Shown here: piece after piece, positions 21,912-31,828 of the stretch
Layout: the number at the start of each line of letters is the position of its first letter
Numbering within the stretch: the first letter of the stretch is position 1
Origin: Kiritimatiellia bacterium
GTDB taxonomy: Bacteria; Verrucomicrobiota; Kiritimatiellia; RFP12; JBMNHG01
Assembly (NCBI GenBank): GCA_050950285.1
Contig: JBMNHG010000010.1
Coordinates: forward strand, 1-56,671
DNA: 56,671 nt
Direction of reading: 5' to 3'
Notes under the pieces: model-generated
Seen by the model: the letters and a program-made list of their open reading frames with translations, nothing else
Databases searched by the model: none
What the model was told of the DNA's origin: nothing
Program-made: the position numbers and the translations under genes

Positions 21912-22679
21912 ATGCAACAGCACAACTTCCGATTCAGCGCACCCGACTGGTGCTTTTTCCGCGATTCGATTCCTGCGGAGACCTACTACCGCAAACTTTT
22001 CGAGCTGGGCTACACCGGTGCCGAGATGGTGGCGCCGGAGCGCTGGCAGGCCGCGAAGGACGTCGGCCTCGAGCTGGTCAACGCCTGTTCCGACGGCATG
22101 GCGGACGGTTTCAACGTGCGCGCCAACCACGGGAAACTTCTCGATTCGGCGCTGCGCCAGGTGGAGGCCTTGTCCGCCGCCGGCGTGAAGAACCTCATCG
22201 TCTTCAGCGGGAACCGCGTGGACGGCGTGGGCGACGAGGAAGCCATCGAGAACTGCCGCGAAGCCTTCTCCCGGCTTCTCGGGGAAATCCGCGGTTCGGG
22301 CGTGGCCCTCCAGTTCGAGATGCTCAACGCCCGGGATCATGCGGGCTATCAGGCGGACAACGAGGCCTTCGGCTTCCGTTTGGCCCGCATGCTCGACGAT
22401 CCGGATTTCAGCCTGTGCTACGACATCTACCACATGGCCGTGTCGGGCGGCGACCTCCTCGACGGCCTCGAGGAGAAACTCCCCTGGATCGCGCACTTCC
22501 ACGTGGCGGCCCTCCACGGACGGACCTTCCCCGGCGAAGACAACGGCATCGACTATCCCGCCATCCTCCGCGCGCTGGCCTCCAACCGCTACGACGGCTA
22601 CGTGGGCATGGAGTTCATCGCCAGCGATCCGTTGCCCGAACTGGAGCGCGCCATCGCCCTCTTCCGTGGCTACCGCTGA
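21912..22679 (+). CDS. Hydroxypyruvate isomerase-like TIM barrel (AP endonuclease 2 family)
   Basis: 'EMLN...DHAGY', 'YDIYHM', 'HFHVA', 'YDGYVGMEF'. Confidence 0.85.
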   Translation: MQQHNFRFSAPDWCFFRDSIPAETYYRKLFELGYTGAEMVAPERWQAAKDVGLELVNACSDGMADGFNVRANHGKLLDSALRQVEALSAAGVKNLIVFSGNRVDGVGDEEAIENCREAFSRLLGEIRGSGVALQFEMLNARDHAGYQADNEAFGFRLARMLDDPDFSLCYDIYHMAVSGGDLLDGLEEKLPWIAHFHVAALHGRTFPGEDNGIDYPAILRALASNRYDGYVGMEFIASDPLPELERAIALFRGYR

Positions 22680-22694
22680 TTCCGGGCCACACGC

Positions 22695-23771
22695 ATGCGG
22701 CACGCCTCTTCCCCATCCCTGGAGTGCGTCGGCGGCGGATGGCGCCTCTCCCACGGGGACAGGCCGCTCCTCGCGCTGGAGTCCCCCGTCCTTCCCGACG
22801 CGGCGCGCGGCTTCGTCGCGATGCAGTTCCGCCGCTTTCCGGGCGGCATCGCCTGGCGGCTTCACGTGCCCCGGAAAACGGCGGGCCGTTTTTTCGAGGC
22901 GTGCGTCCGGAACGAGGGCGCCGGGACGCGCCGCCTGCCCGTGACCCTCTCCTGGCGCCATCCCGCGGGCACGGACGCGACCGTGCGCGCGGGCGATGGC
23001 TTCCTCCGCGCCCCGCTGCTGGGCTCCGCCGCTCTTCTCTTCCCCTTGCTGTTGCGGCATCCGAACGGCCGTTTCGCCCTTCTCGACTGCGACACGCCGG
23101 GGTCCGGCGTCCAACGCGCCCTTGGGCTGGGCCGCGACGGCGCGCCGCGCTGGCTCTTCGAGACGCTCCTGCGGCCCGTCTCCGGCGGCGGCGCCGCGAC
23201 GCCGTGGGTGCGGTTGTTCGCCGATTCCGACCCCCGCAAGCTGGCGGCGGCGATTTCGGGGCAGGAGCGCAAGGGGCGGCGCGCCGCGCTCGGCGTCGCG
23301 CTGGGCCTGCCGGGGAACGGAAGCCCCGCAGCCGCCGCCTTCTGGCGCACGCCGGAGCACTGCGCGGACGCCGCCTTCGCGGAGATGCTGCGCCTTCCGG
23401 TGGACGAGGAGCGCTGGCTGCGCTTCGCCCCCGGCGAGTACGCTACGGTGGCGCGCCGTTCGGGCGGCGTCTGGATCGTCGCGGCCCTCAACGACTCCCA
23501 CGCCCGCGTGCACACCCTCCTGCTCGACTTCCTGCCTCCGGGCGTGGAGTTCGACATGGACGGCGTGGCGGACGACCAGTCCGGCGCGCCCGTTCCGCAG
23601 GATCCGTCGGTCCTGCCGCCGGTTGGAACGCCCTGGACGCGGCAGGACAAGATGACGCTCTGTCTCGCGAAGCATGGCGGGTACGTGGTCATCCTCTTCC
23701 CTCGCGCGCCGCAGGCGGAGTCTCTGCGGCGCGCCGTCCGCAACCCCCTTCCCGGTCCTGGACGCCCCTGA
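22695..23771 (+). CDS. Hypothetical protein with a GH97 C-terminal-like segment
   Basis: 'PGEYATVARRSGGVWIVAALN...LLLDFLP' resembles GH97_C; too short for a full GH97. Confidence 0.4.
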   Translation: MRHASSPSLECVGGGWRLSHGDRPLLALESPVLPDAARGFVAMQFRRFPGGIAWRLHVPRKTAGRFFEACVRNEGAGTRRLPVTLSWRHPAGTDATVRAGDGFLRAPLLGSAALLFPLLLRHPNGRFALLDCDTPGSGVQRALGLGRDGAPRWLFETLLRPVSGGGAATPWVRLFADSDPRKLAAAISGQERKGRRAALGVALGLPGNGSPAAAAFWRTPEHCADAAFAEMLRLPVDEERWLRFAPGEYATVARRSGGVWIVAALNDSHARVHTLLLDFLPPGVEFDMDGVADDQSGAPVPQDPSVLPPVGTPWTRQDKMTLCLAKHGGYVVILFPRAPQAESLRRAVRNPLPGPGRP

Positions 23772-25390
23772 TGCTGGACGCCCTTTCCGATCTCCTGAAC
23801 GGCCCTGCCGGACACGGTATTCTTACGGCGCTTCATGCGTTGCTGCTCGTCTTCACGGCGCTCTTCGTGTTCCGTCTGGCCGGCGCCTCGCGGCGTGCCG
23901 CGAAATCCGGCGGCACGCCGCGGGGCGCCGCCTCCGGCAAGGCGAAGCGGCGGGACAACAAGGCCGATTTCCGCGCCCTCTCCCGGGGCGTCGGCCTCGC
24001 GCTCGCGGCGGTTCTCGCGTACCAGGGCGTCTGGCAGCTCACGGGCTTCCGCAGCCGCGGCCTCCAGCGGTTCATGCGCGGCCACAACATGCGCCAGGGC
24101 GCGGCGGACAAGCAGGTCCTCCGCGGCTCGATCCTCGATGCCAACGGCGAGATCCTCGCCCGCACGTCGCCGGAGACGGTGTGGCGGCGCTCCTATCCGC
24201 TGGGGCCCGCCGCCGCGCACGTGGTCGGATACGCCCATCCCGTCTATGGCTGGTCGGGCGTGGAGCGCGCCGCGGACGCCGCGCTGAGCGGCTGCGGCGT
24301 CGCGGGGGGAGACGAACTTTCGCGGCTGGGCCGGAACATGCTCGACCTGAAGCGGCCCGAAGGGACCGACGTGCGGATCACCCTGGACGCCCGCCTGCAG
24401 CGCGCCGCCTACGACCTGCTCGCCGGCCGCGCCGGCGCGGTGGTTGCGTTGCGCCCCTCCGACGGCGCCATCCTCGCCATGGCGAGTTCCCCCTCCTTCG
24501 ATCCGGCCCAGCCCGCCTCCGGCCTGCGCGGACGCTCCGCCCCCATGCTCAACCGCACGGCGCAAGGGCTCTATCCGCCCGGCTCCACCTTCAAGATCGC
24601 GATGGCGCTGCTGGCCTCCGACCTCGGCATCGCGCCGCGCTTCGACTGTCCCGCCGAGGGCTTCCGCGCCGAACCCAAGGCCCAGCCCATCCGCGACAGC
24701 GAATACACGAGCTGGAAGCGCCAGGGGCGCACCTGGACGGGATGGGGCGTCATCGGGCTCGCCGACGGCTTCGTCCATTCGTCGAACGTCTATTTCGCGC
24801 GTCTCGGGACCCATCTTGGCCCGGCGGCCTTCAACGCGTTCATCGACCGTCTGGGCATTCGCGACAACGTCGTTTTCTTCGACAGCGGCGACGGCATCAT
24901 CCAGGCGAGCCCCGCCCATGTCCCGGAACTGGGGGAGAAGGACCGGCGGGCGCTCGCCCAGATGTCCATCGGCCAGGGCGAGATGCTGCTCGCGCCGCTC
25001 CACGTGGCGATGCTCACGGCCGCGGTCGCGAACCGCGGCGAACTCGCGACGCCGCGCCTGAAGGCCGCGCTTCCGCCCGGCGGCCCGAAGGCGAAGCGCA
25101 TCGTCTCCGCGAAGGCGGCGGACGCCGTGAAGGCCATGATGCGCGACGCCGTGGGTCGCGGAACGGGCCGCGGGGCGCACCTCCCAGGGCTCGACGTGTG
25201 CGGCAAGACCGGAACGGCTCAGGCCCCGGGCGGCGACGACCATGCCTGGTTCACCTGCTTCGCGCCCGGGAAGAATCCGAAAATCGTGGTGACGGTGATC
25301 GTCGAACGCGGCGGCTACGGCGCGAAGTCCGCCGTTCCCGTGGCCCGCGCCCTCCTGGAGAAGGCCGACGAACTCGGCCTCCTCCGGTGA
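23771..25390 (+). CDS. Class B penicillin-binding protein (PbpA-like transpeptidase)
   Basis: SxxK 'PGSTFK', SxN 'SSN', 'KTGTAQ', N-terminal TM helices. Confidence 0.92.
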   Translation: MLDALSDLLNGPAGHGILTALHALLLVFTALFVFRLAGASRRAAKSGGTPRGAASGKAKRRDNKADFRALSRGVGLALAAVLAYQGVWQLTGFRSRGLQRFMRGHNMRQGAADKQVLRGSILDANGEILARTSPETVWRRSYPLGPAAAHVVGYAHPVYGWSGVERAADAALSGCGVAGGDELSRLGRNMLDLKRPEGTDVRITLDARLQRAAYDLLAGRAGAVVALRPSDGAILAMASSPSFDPAQPASGLRGRSAPMLNRTAQGLYPPGSTFKIAMALLASDLGIAPRFDCPAEGFRAEPKAQPIRDSEYTSWKRQGRTWTGWGVIGLADGFVHSSNVYFARLGTHLGPAAFNAFIDRLGIRDNVVFFDSGDGIIQASPAHVPELGEKDRRALAQMSIGQGEMLLAPLHVAMLTAAVANRGELATPRLKAALPPGGPKAKRIVSAKAADAVKAMMRDAVGRGTGRGAHLPGLDVCGKTGTAQAPGGDDHAWFTCFAPGKNPKIVVTVIVERGGYGAKSAVPVARALLEKADELGLLR

Positions 25391-25454
25391 GAGGGAGGGA
25401 GCGCAGAAGGGGAAGGCCGCCAGGCGGGCGCGGGCGAAGCGGGCCGGAGCCGGG

Positions 25455-26489
25455 TCAGCAGACCTCGAAGCACCAGCGGTGCTTGTCCTTGATCTCGCCG
25501 TACTGGATGCCCCGCACGCGATCGTAGAGCTTCTGGAGCGTGGGGTGGACGACATCCGGATCGGAGATCTTGATCACGTCCTTCCCGCGGGTGATCTCCC
25601 ACACGGGCGTGATGACGACGGCGGTGCCGAGGGCGGCCACGGCTTCGAACTTCTTGATTTCGGCGTACGGGACGGGCCGGCATTCGACCGGGATGCCGAG
25701 ATCCTCCGCGCACTGCTTGAGCGACATGTTCGTGATCGACGGGAGCACCGAACGGGAGTCGGGCGTGACATACGCGCCGCTCTTGGAGATGCCGACGAAG
25801 TTGGAGGTCGCGAACTCCTCGACGTACTTGTGGGACTTCGCGTCGAGATAGAGCTCGACCGGCCAGCCTTCGCGCTTCGCCTTCTCGTGGGCGTAGAGGC
25901 CGGCGGCGTAGTTGCCGCCCACCTTGACGTCGCCCATGCCCTGCGGCGCGGCACGGTCCCAGTCGTCGAAGATGACGGCGCGGACGGGCTTGATGCCGTC
26001 CTTGTAGTAGGCGCCGACGGGCATGACGAGGATGAGGAAGGTGTATTCGCTGGCCGGCGCCACGCCAATCTGCGGGCCCGTGCCGATGAGGAGCGGACGG
26101 ATGTACAACGAGCCGCCCGTGCCGTAGGGCGGAACGTACTCGATGTTCTTTTTCACGACCCGCTTGCAGGCGTCGACGAACATGTCGACCGGGACGGGCG
26201 GCATGCAGGTGCGCTCGGCGGTGCGGTACATGCGCTTCGCGTTCTCGTCGGGACGGAAGATCGCGACCTTGCCATCCTTCTGCCGGAAGGCTTTGATCCC
26301 CTCGAAGCACTCCTGCCCGTAGTGCAGGCAAGAGGCGCCGATGTGCATCGTGATGAAGGGCTCTTTCACGAAGGTGGGCTTGGACCACTTGCCTTTCTTC
26401 CAGGTGTACCGGATGTGGCAGTTCACGTCGGAAAAACCGAAACCGAGATTCTTCCAGTCGATGTTGGGCGTGGGTTTGGACTTGGCCAT
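25455..26489 (-). CDS. ilvE: Branched-chain amino acid aminotransferase
   Basis: 'LHYGQECFEGIKAF', 'LYIRP', 'KVGGNYAA', 'LPSIT'. Confidence 0.95.
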   Translation of the reverse strand: MAKSKPTPNIDWKNLGFGFSDVNCHIRYTWKKGKWSKPTFVKEPFITMHIGASCLHYGQECFEGIKAFRQKDGKVAIFRPDENAKRMYRTAERTCMPPVPVDMFVDACKRVVKKNIEYVPPYGTGGSLYIRPLLIGTGPQIGVAPASEYTFLILVMPVGAYYKDGIKPVRAVIFDDWDRAAPQGMGDVKVGGNYAAGLYAHEKAKREGWPVELYLDAKSHKYVEEFATSNFVGISKSGAYVTPDSRSVLPSITNMSLKQCAEDLGIPVECRPVPYAEIKKFEAVAALGTAVVITPVWEITRGKDVIKISDPDVVHPTLQKLYDRVRGIQYGEIKDKHRWCFEVC

Positions 26490-26592
26490 GGCAAAAACTC
26501 CTTGATGAAAACGGAAATGGGAGGATTCTGGCTCTTTTCGCGATGGAATGCAAGCGAATCGTCGCCGCGAATCGTCGCCGCAGGCGGCGGCT

Positions 26593-27486
26593 TCACGTGC
26601 CGGACGGCTTTGCCGCGAGGAAGCCCATGAAGCGGCACCACTCCCAGACGCGGTCGCGCCAGTTCGCGGCGGGTTCGCCATCCGCGGCGCGCATGAAAAA
26701 GCAGTGGCCCTTCTTCGCGAAGATGTGGAGTTCGGCGGGGATCTCCATTTGGCGGAGGCGGTGGTAGACCTTCACGCTCGCCATCGCGGAGAAGACGTCG
26801 TCGTCGCCGTGCAGGAGGCACATCGGCGGGGTGGCGGCGTCGAAGGCGAATTCGGGGTTGAGTTCGCACGCGCCGTTGCCTTTGTCGCGGTTGATGCCGT
26901 CCACGCCGTCGGAGAGGACGTAGGCGGGGTAGACGGGGACGGCCCAGTCGATGTTGCAGGGGAGTTCGTCGATGGCGTCGATGGGTTCGTAGGCGGGCGT
27001 CTGGCTCGAGGTGGCGGCCATCAGGGCGAGGTGCCCGCCCGCGGAGAATCCGAGGAAGCCGATCGTTCCGGGACGGATGCCCTGTTCCGCCGCCATCGAC
27101 CGCACGATGCGGACGGCGCGCTGGGCGTCCTGCCAGGCGGCGAGGTGCTTGGGGAGTCCGTCGGGGCGGGGGACGCGGTAGCGCAGCATCGCGACGGGGA
27201 CGCCCTTGTCGAGGAAGTAGTCGCGCACCGGGATGCCTTCCCCGTCGTAGGAGTAGCCGCCGTATCCGCCGCCGGGGGCGACGATGAGGCAGGCGTCGAA
27301 TTGCGGGAAGGAGGGCGTCCACCATTCGAGTTCGGGAACGCACTGTCCCTCGCGGAAGTCGGGCGTTTTGCCCTCCGGCCAAAGCGGGATGGCGCGCATC
27401 GTGTGGGCGACGGCGGCGCCCTGGAGGAGCAGGAGCGCCAGCAGGAGGGGGAGGGGGCGGAAGCCCCGGCGGCAGGATGGAGTCAT
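26593..27486 (-). CDS. Secreted alpha/beta hydrolase (acetyl esterase-like)
   Basis: 'PGGGY', 'GFSAGGHLA', C-terminal 'GH'; signal peptide. Confidence 0.88.
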   Translation of the reverse strand: MTPSCRRGFRPLPLLLALLLLQGAAVAHTMRAIPLWPEGKTPDFREGQCVPELEWWTPSFPQFDACLIVAPGGGYGGYSYDGEGIPVRDYFLDKGVPVAMLRYRVPRPDGLPKHLAAWQDAQRAVRIVRSMAAEQGIRPGTIGFLGFSAGGHLALMAATSSQTPAYEPIDAIDELPCNIDWAVPVYPAYVLSDGVDGINRDKGNGACELNPEFAFDAATPPMCLLHGDDDVFSAMASVKVYHRLRQMEIPAELHIFAKKGHCFFMRAADGEPAANWRDRVWEWCRFMGFLAAKPSGT

Positions 27487-27624
27487 GATGGATCGAAAGG
27501 TAACGGGTACGCCGGGGCCTGTCAATCGCGCGGAGACGCGGCACGCGCCCCTGTCGCCAGCCGAATCCTTCCGCGACCGCCCGTTTGACAACGACCGTCT
27601 CCCGGCGTATCTTGGCCGCACGTT

Positions 27625-27697
27625 GGCCAAGCCTCGCACGCGACCTTGGGACCCGCGCCGACGCGGTTTCCCTGGCGTGTGGAGGATGGCGTTGGCG
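27625..27697 (+). other. attC-like recombination site upstream of the GNAT gene
   Basis: GCCAA...CCTC-GCACGC...CCGCG-ccga-CGCGG...GCGTGT-g-GAGG...GTTGGC: nested imperfect hairpin with an unpaired G and a GTT core. Confidence 0.55.
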
Positions 27698-27713
27698 GCG
27701 AGGAGGAAGCAGG

Positions 27714-28328
27714 ATGGACATCTCCAGGGTTTGCTCGGAAAGCCAGATCTCGGACGTGGCGGAACTGGCCCGTGTCATCTGGACGGATCATTTTACGCCG
27801 ATCATCGGGCGGGACCAGGTCGACTACATGCTGGACAAGTTCCAGAGCGAGAAGGCGATTGCCGCCCAGATCGGAGACGGATACGAGTATTACGCCGTGT
27901 CGCGCGACGGTCGGATCGTCGGCTATCTGGCCGTTGCCCCGGATGCCGGCGCAGGCATGCTCATGATCAGCAAAATCTATGTGTTGAAGTCCGAACGCGG
28001 CCATGGATTGGGGCGGGCGATGCTGGAATTCGCGGAGGACCTCTGCCGGGAACGCCGGTTCCACGCCCTCTATCTAACCGTCAACAAGAACAACCGGTCT
28101 TCCATCGCATGGTATGCCCGGATGGGGTTCAGGAACGCGGGATCGCTCGTGCAGGATATCGGCGGCGGTTTTTGGATGGACGACTATCGAATGGAAAAGA
28201 CGATCGGCCAACCCTCTCCTGCTGACGGCCCGCAAAAGCCCGCGCCCGGGGAGCGACGCCGGCCGCAGGACACGGTGCCGGACTCGCGGGATGAAACGGA
28301 ACGGGCAACGGACCGACCGGACGGATGA
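27714..28328 (+). CDS. GNAT family N-acetyltransferase
   Basis: 'KIYV...RGHGLGR', 'LTVNKNN...AWYARMGF'; GGAGG RBS. Confidence 0.92.
   Translation: MDISRVCSESQISDVAELARVIWTDHFTPIIGRDQVDYMLDKFQSEKAIAAQIGDGYEYYAVSRDGRIVGYLAVAPDAGAGMLMISKIYVLKSERGHGLGRAMLEFAEDLCRERRFHALYLTVNKNNRSSIAWYARMGFRNAGSLVQDIGGGFWMDDYRMEKTIGQPSPADGPQKPAPGERRRPQDTVPDSRDETERATDRPDG
28206..28264 (+). other. Degenerate attC-like site at the end of the GNAT domain
   Basis: Begins GGCCAAC (complementary to upstream GTTGGC) where the GNAT fold ends; ends GACGCCGGCC. Confidence 0.4.
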
Positions 28329-28448
28329 CCGGATCGCCCCGTTCCGGTTTGTCTTGGGCTGGGTTCCCATGGTATCCTGATGGAACAACGAACCCTGCGC
28401 CAGGCCTGGGCCGGCCAGGAACCAGCACCCTCCCTCCCGCGGCATGCC

Positions 28449-30122
28449 ATGCTCCAGCAACTCCACGTCAAGAATCTGGCGATCGTCGAGGAAGTCCGCG
28501 TCGAGTTCGGCGCGGGTTTGAATGTCATTACCGGCGAGACCGGCGCGGGCAAATCGGTGCTGATCGGCGCCCTGGGCCTTGTGCTGGGCGAGCGCGCCGA
28601 CCGGAATGCCGTCCGTGCGGGGGCGCCGGAGGCGTTGTGCGAGGCCGTCTTCGGATTGGACGGGGAGACCGTCCGCGCCGTCGACGGACTGCTTGCGGAG
28701 GCGGGCGTGCCGGCCTGCGAGGATGGGCAGCTCATCGTCCGCCGCGTGATTTCCGCCTCCGGCTCGGGCCGTTGCGTGGCGAACGACGCCGCAGTCTCCG
28801 CCCAGACGCTTCGGCGCCTCGGCGCCCTGCTTGTGGACATCCACGGCCCCTACGAAGGGCAGTCCCTTCTGCAGCCCGATTTCCAGCTCGACCTCCTGGA
28901 CGCCTTTGGCGGGTGCGGCGGGCAACGGGCCGCGCACGAGGCGGGATTCCGCGCCCTCGCCGATTTGCGCCGCCGGCTCGACGACCTGCTCGGCGCGGGC
29001 GACGTCGCCGCGGAAATCGACCGCCTGCAGTACATCGTGGACGAGATTGATTCGGCCGGGCTGTCGCCGGAGGACGAGGCCGACCTCGTCCAGTCGCACG
29101 CCGAGGCGGCCAACGCCGAGGCGATTCTCCGGGCCGGGTCTTCCGTGATGGACCGGCTCACCGAGGGCGAAGGGTCCGTCTTCGATCTCCTGGCCTCCCT
29201 CCAGCAACTCCTCGGCGAGCTCGGGAACATCCTTCCCGAAGCCGCCGGATGGCGCGAGGAGACGCGCCAGATGACCATCCAGGCCCAGGAGCTCTCCAAC
29301 ACGGTGGCGGACCGCCTCTCCCGCGTGGAGAGCGACGCCACGCGCTTGCGACAGCTCGAGGAGCGGATGGCGCTCGTCCAACGACTCAAGCGCAAGTACG
29401 GCGCCACCATCGAGGAGGTTTTGGCGGTGCTGGACAAGAGCCGGGCGCGCCTGGAGGAGCTTGCGTCGCGCGACGAACGCGCCGAGGGCCTTCGCGCGGA
29501 AATCGCGGCGGGAGAGGCCGGCCTTGCGAAGTGCTCCGCGCGTCTCTCGACGATGCGGGCCGCCGCCGCGAAGAAACTCGCCTCCGCCATTACCTCCGAA
29601 CTTCGCGACCTCGGCTTCCTGCGCGCCTGTTTCACGGTGGAGACCGCCCCTGCGCCGGTCCGCGCCTGCGGGGCGGACGCGGTTTCCTTCGGCTTCGCGC
29701 CCAACCCCGGCGAGCCGGTGCGCCCGCTGCGCGCCATCGCCTCCAGCGGCGAAATTTCCCGCGTGATGCTCGCCGCCCAGGCCGTGCTTGCGGGGCACGA
29801 CCGCATCCCCGTGCTGGTCTTCGACGAGGTCGACTCCAACATCGGCGGCGAAACCGGGCACGTGGTGGGCCTCAAGCTGCGCGGCGTCGCGGCGTCGCAC
29901 CAGGTCATCTGCATCACCCACCTCCCGCAAGTGGCGGTCTTTGGCGACCGCCATTTCGTGGTGTCCAAGCGGGAGGAAGGCGAGCGCACCCTTGCGCGGA
30001 TCGCCACCGTGGAAGGCGAAGGGCGCTCGGAGGAGATCGCGCGCATGCTGGGCGGCGATTCGCTCACGACGGTCGCGTACGACCACGCCCGCGCCCTGCT
30101 CGAGGCCGTCCGGAAGCGATAG
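28449..30122 (+). CDS. recN: DNA repair protein RecN
   Basis: 'ITGETGAGKS', 'ASSGEISRVML', 'FDEVD', 'CITHLPQVA', 'EIARMLGG'. Confidence 0.96.
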   Translation: MLQQLHVKNLAIVEEVRVEFGAGLNVITGETGAGKSVLIGALGLVLGERADRNAVRAGAPEALCEAVFGLDGETVRAVDGLLAEAGVPACEDGQLIVRRVISASGSGRCVANDAAVSAQTLRRLGALLVDIHGPYEGQSLLQPDFQLDLLDAFGGCGGQRAAHEAGFRALADLRRRLDDLLGAGDVAAEIDRLQYIVDEIDSAGLSPEDEADLVQSHAEAANAEAILRAGSSVMDRLTEGEGSVFDLLASLQQLLGELGNILPEAAGWREETRQMTIQAQELSNTVADRLSRVESDATRLRQLEERMALVQRLKRKYGATIEEVLAVLDKSRARLEELASRDERAEGLRAEIAAGEAGLAKCSARLSTMRAAAAKKLASAITSELRDLGFLRACFTVETAPAPVRACGADAVSFGFAPNPGEPVRPLRAIASSGEISRVMLAAQAVLAGHDRIPVLVFDEVDSNIGGETGHVVGLKLRGVAASHQVICITHLPQVAVFGDRHFVVSKREEGERTLARIATVEGEGRSEEIARMLGGDSLTTVAYDHARALLEAVRKR

Positions 30123-30309
30123 CGCGATCCGCCCGGCGGCGGACCGTCGGCCTGCGGCACAGAGGCGGCTCGAGGCGGGGACGGGGCTTCCGCCGGCATC
30201 GCCCGTGCGAAGGAACGGGATTGCGCGAAGGAGCGAAAAGAGGTACGTTACCCGCAACCGGCGCGTGCCGGCAGTCCCCACACTCCCCTGAACACAAGGA
30301 AACGCTCTC

Positions 30310-31719
30310 ATGTTCAAACTGTCCCAAGCAAAGACGACGGTCAAGACCGAGGTCGTCGCGGGTATCACGACCTTCATGGCCATGGCCTACATCCTGGCCG
30401 TCAACCCCGACATCCTTTCCGCCTGCGGAATGCCGAAGGGGGGCGTCTTCGTCGCCACCGCCCTTGCCTCGTTCGTTGGGACGATGCTGATGGCGCTCCT
30501 TGCAAACTACCCCTTCGCCCTCGCGCCCGGCATGGGCCTCAACGCCTTTTTCGCCTTCGCAGTGTGCGGCGCGATGGGCTACAGCTGGCAGTTCGCGCTG
30601 CTGGCGATCCTGGTGGAAGGCCTGCTCTTCCTCGCCCTGTCCCTCACCCCCGTGCGCGAAGGCCTTTTCAACTCCATCCCCCTCTCCATGAAGAAGGCCG
30701 TCGCGGTGGGCATCGGGCTTTTCATCACCTTCATCGCCCTCCAGAACGCCAAGGTGGTCGTGGACAATCCCGCCACCCTCGTCGACCTCGCAAAGTTCAA
30801 CGGCGCGAACTTCCACTCCACCGGCATGTGGGCCATCCTCGCCATCGCCGGAACGCTCGTCGCCGCCATCCTGGTCGCGAGAGGCGTGCCTGGCGCCATC
30901 CTCCTTGGCATCTTCATCACCTGGATCCTCGGCATGGCCTGCGAGCGGATCGGCCTCTATCGCCCGGATCCCGCCGCCGGCTGCTTCTCCACCATCCCCC
31001 ACTTCGGGAACTACTTCACCACGCTCGGCGACACCTTCAGGGAGTTCGGCACAACCTGCGGAGCCGTCTTCCACTCCGACCAGTGGACGCGCACCGTCGA
31101 CGGCGCCGTGGTGGGCTCCGGCTGGTCGCTGGTCAAGTCGCTGGATTTCTTCGCCGTGATGTTCGCCTTCTTCTTCGTGGACCTCTTCGACACGCTCGGC
31201 ACGCTGATCGGCTGCGCGATGAAGGGCGACATGCTCGACAAGGACGGCAAGCTCCCGCGCATCTCCGGCGCCCTCTGCGCCGACTCGATCGCCACCTGCG
31301 TGGGCGCCGTCTTCGGCACCTCCACGGTCACGACCTACGTCGAATCCGCTTCGGGCGTCGCCGCCGGCGGACGCACGGGCCTCACCGCCGTCACCACGGC
31401 CGCCTTCTTCATCCTCGCGCTGGTCTTCTCGCCGATCTTCCTCGCCATTCCCGGCTTCGCGACCGCCACGGCCCTCATGCTCGTGGGCTTCTACATGATC
31501 CAGGCGATCACGGGCATCGACTTCGAGGATCCCTGCGAAGGCATCCCCGCCTTCATCTGCATCGCTTCGATGCCCCTCACCTATTCCATCTCCAACGGCA
31601 TCATGTTCGGCGTGATCTCCTATGCCGTCATCAACCTCTTCGCCGGCCGCGCGAAGAAGGTCCACCCGATCATGTACGTGCTCGCGGTGGTGTTCATCGC
31701 GAAATACGCGTTGATCTGA
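30310..31719 (+). CDS. NCS2/AzgA family purine permease
   Basis: 'TTFMAMAYILAVNP', 'APGMGLNAFF', 'YVESASGVAAGGRTGLT'. Confidence 0.93.
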   Translation: MFKLSQAKTTVKTEVVAGITTFMAMAYILAVNPDILSACGMPKGGVFVATALASFVGTMLMALLANYPFALAPGMGLNAFFAFAVCGAMGYSWQFALLAILVEGLLFLALSLTPVREGLFNSIPLSMKKAVAVGIGLFITFIALQNAKVVVDNPATLVDLAKFNGANFHSTGMWAILAIAGTLVAAILVARGVPGAILLGIFITWILGMACERIGLYRPDPAAGCFSTIPHFGNYFTTLGDTFREFGTTCGAVFHSDQWTRTVDGAVVGSGWSLVKSLDFFAVMFAFFFVDLFDTLGTLIGCAMKGDMLDKDGKLPRISGALCADSIATCVGAVFGTSTVTTYVESASGVAAGGRTGLTAVTTAAFFILALVFSPIFLAIPGFATATALMLVGFYMIQAITGIDFEDPCEGIPAFICIASMPLTYSISNGIMFGVISYAVINLFAGRAKKVHPIMYVLAVVFIAKYALI

Positions 31720-31757
31720 TGCGATTCCCCGCGCCCGTCCGCTCCGGGCGCCCAGGG

Positions 31758-31798
31758 AAAAAAACGGCGCGCCGCACATTTCGCGGCGCGCCGTTTTT
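31758..31798. terminator. Bidirectional intrinsic terminator
   Basis: A-run, cggcgcgccgc, loop, gcggcgcgccg, T-run, between convergent genes. Confidence 0.85.
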
Positions 31799-31828
31799 GG
31801 ATGGGGAGGATGTCCGGCGAGGGGGCGC

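Noticed and set aside
30123..30309. Purine riboswitch upstream of the NCS2 permease
   Set aside because: Consensus core motifs not recognisable
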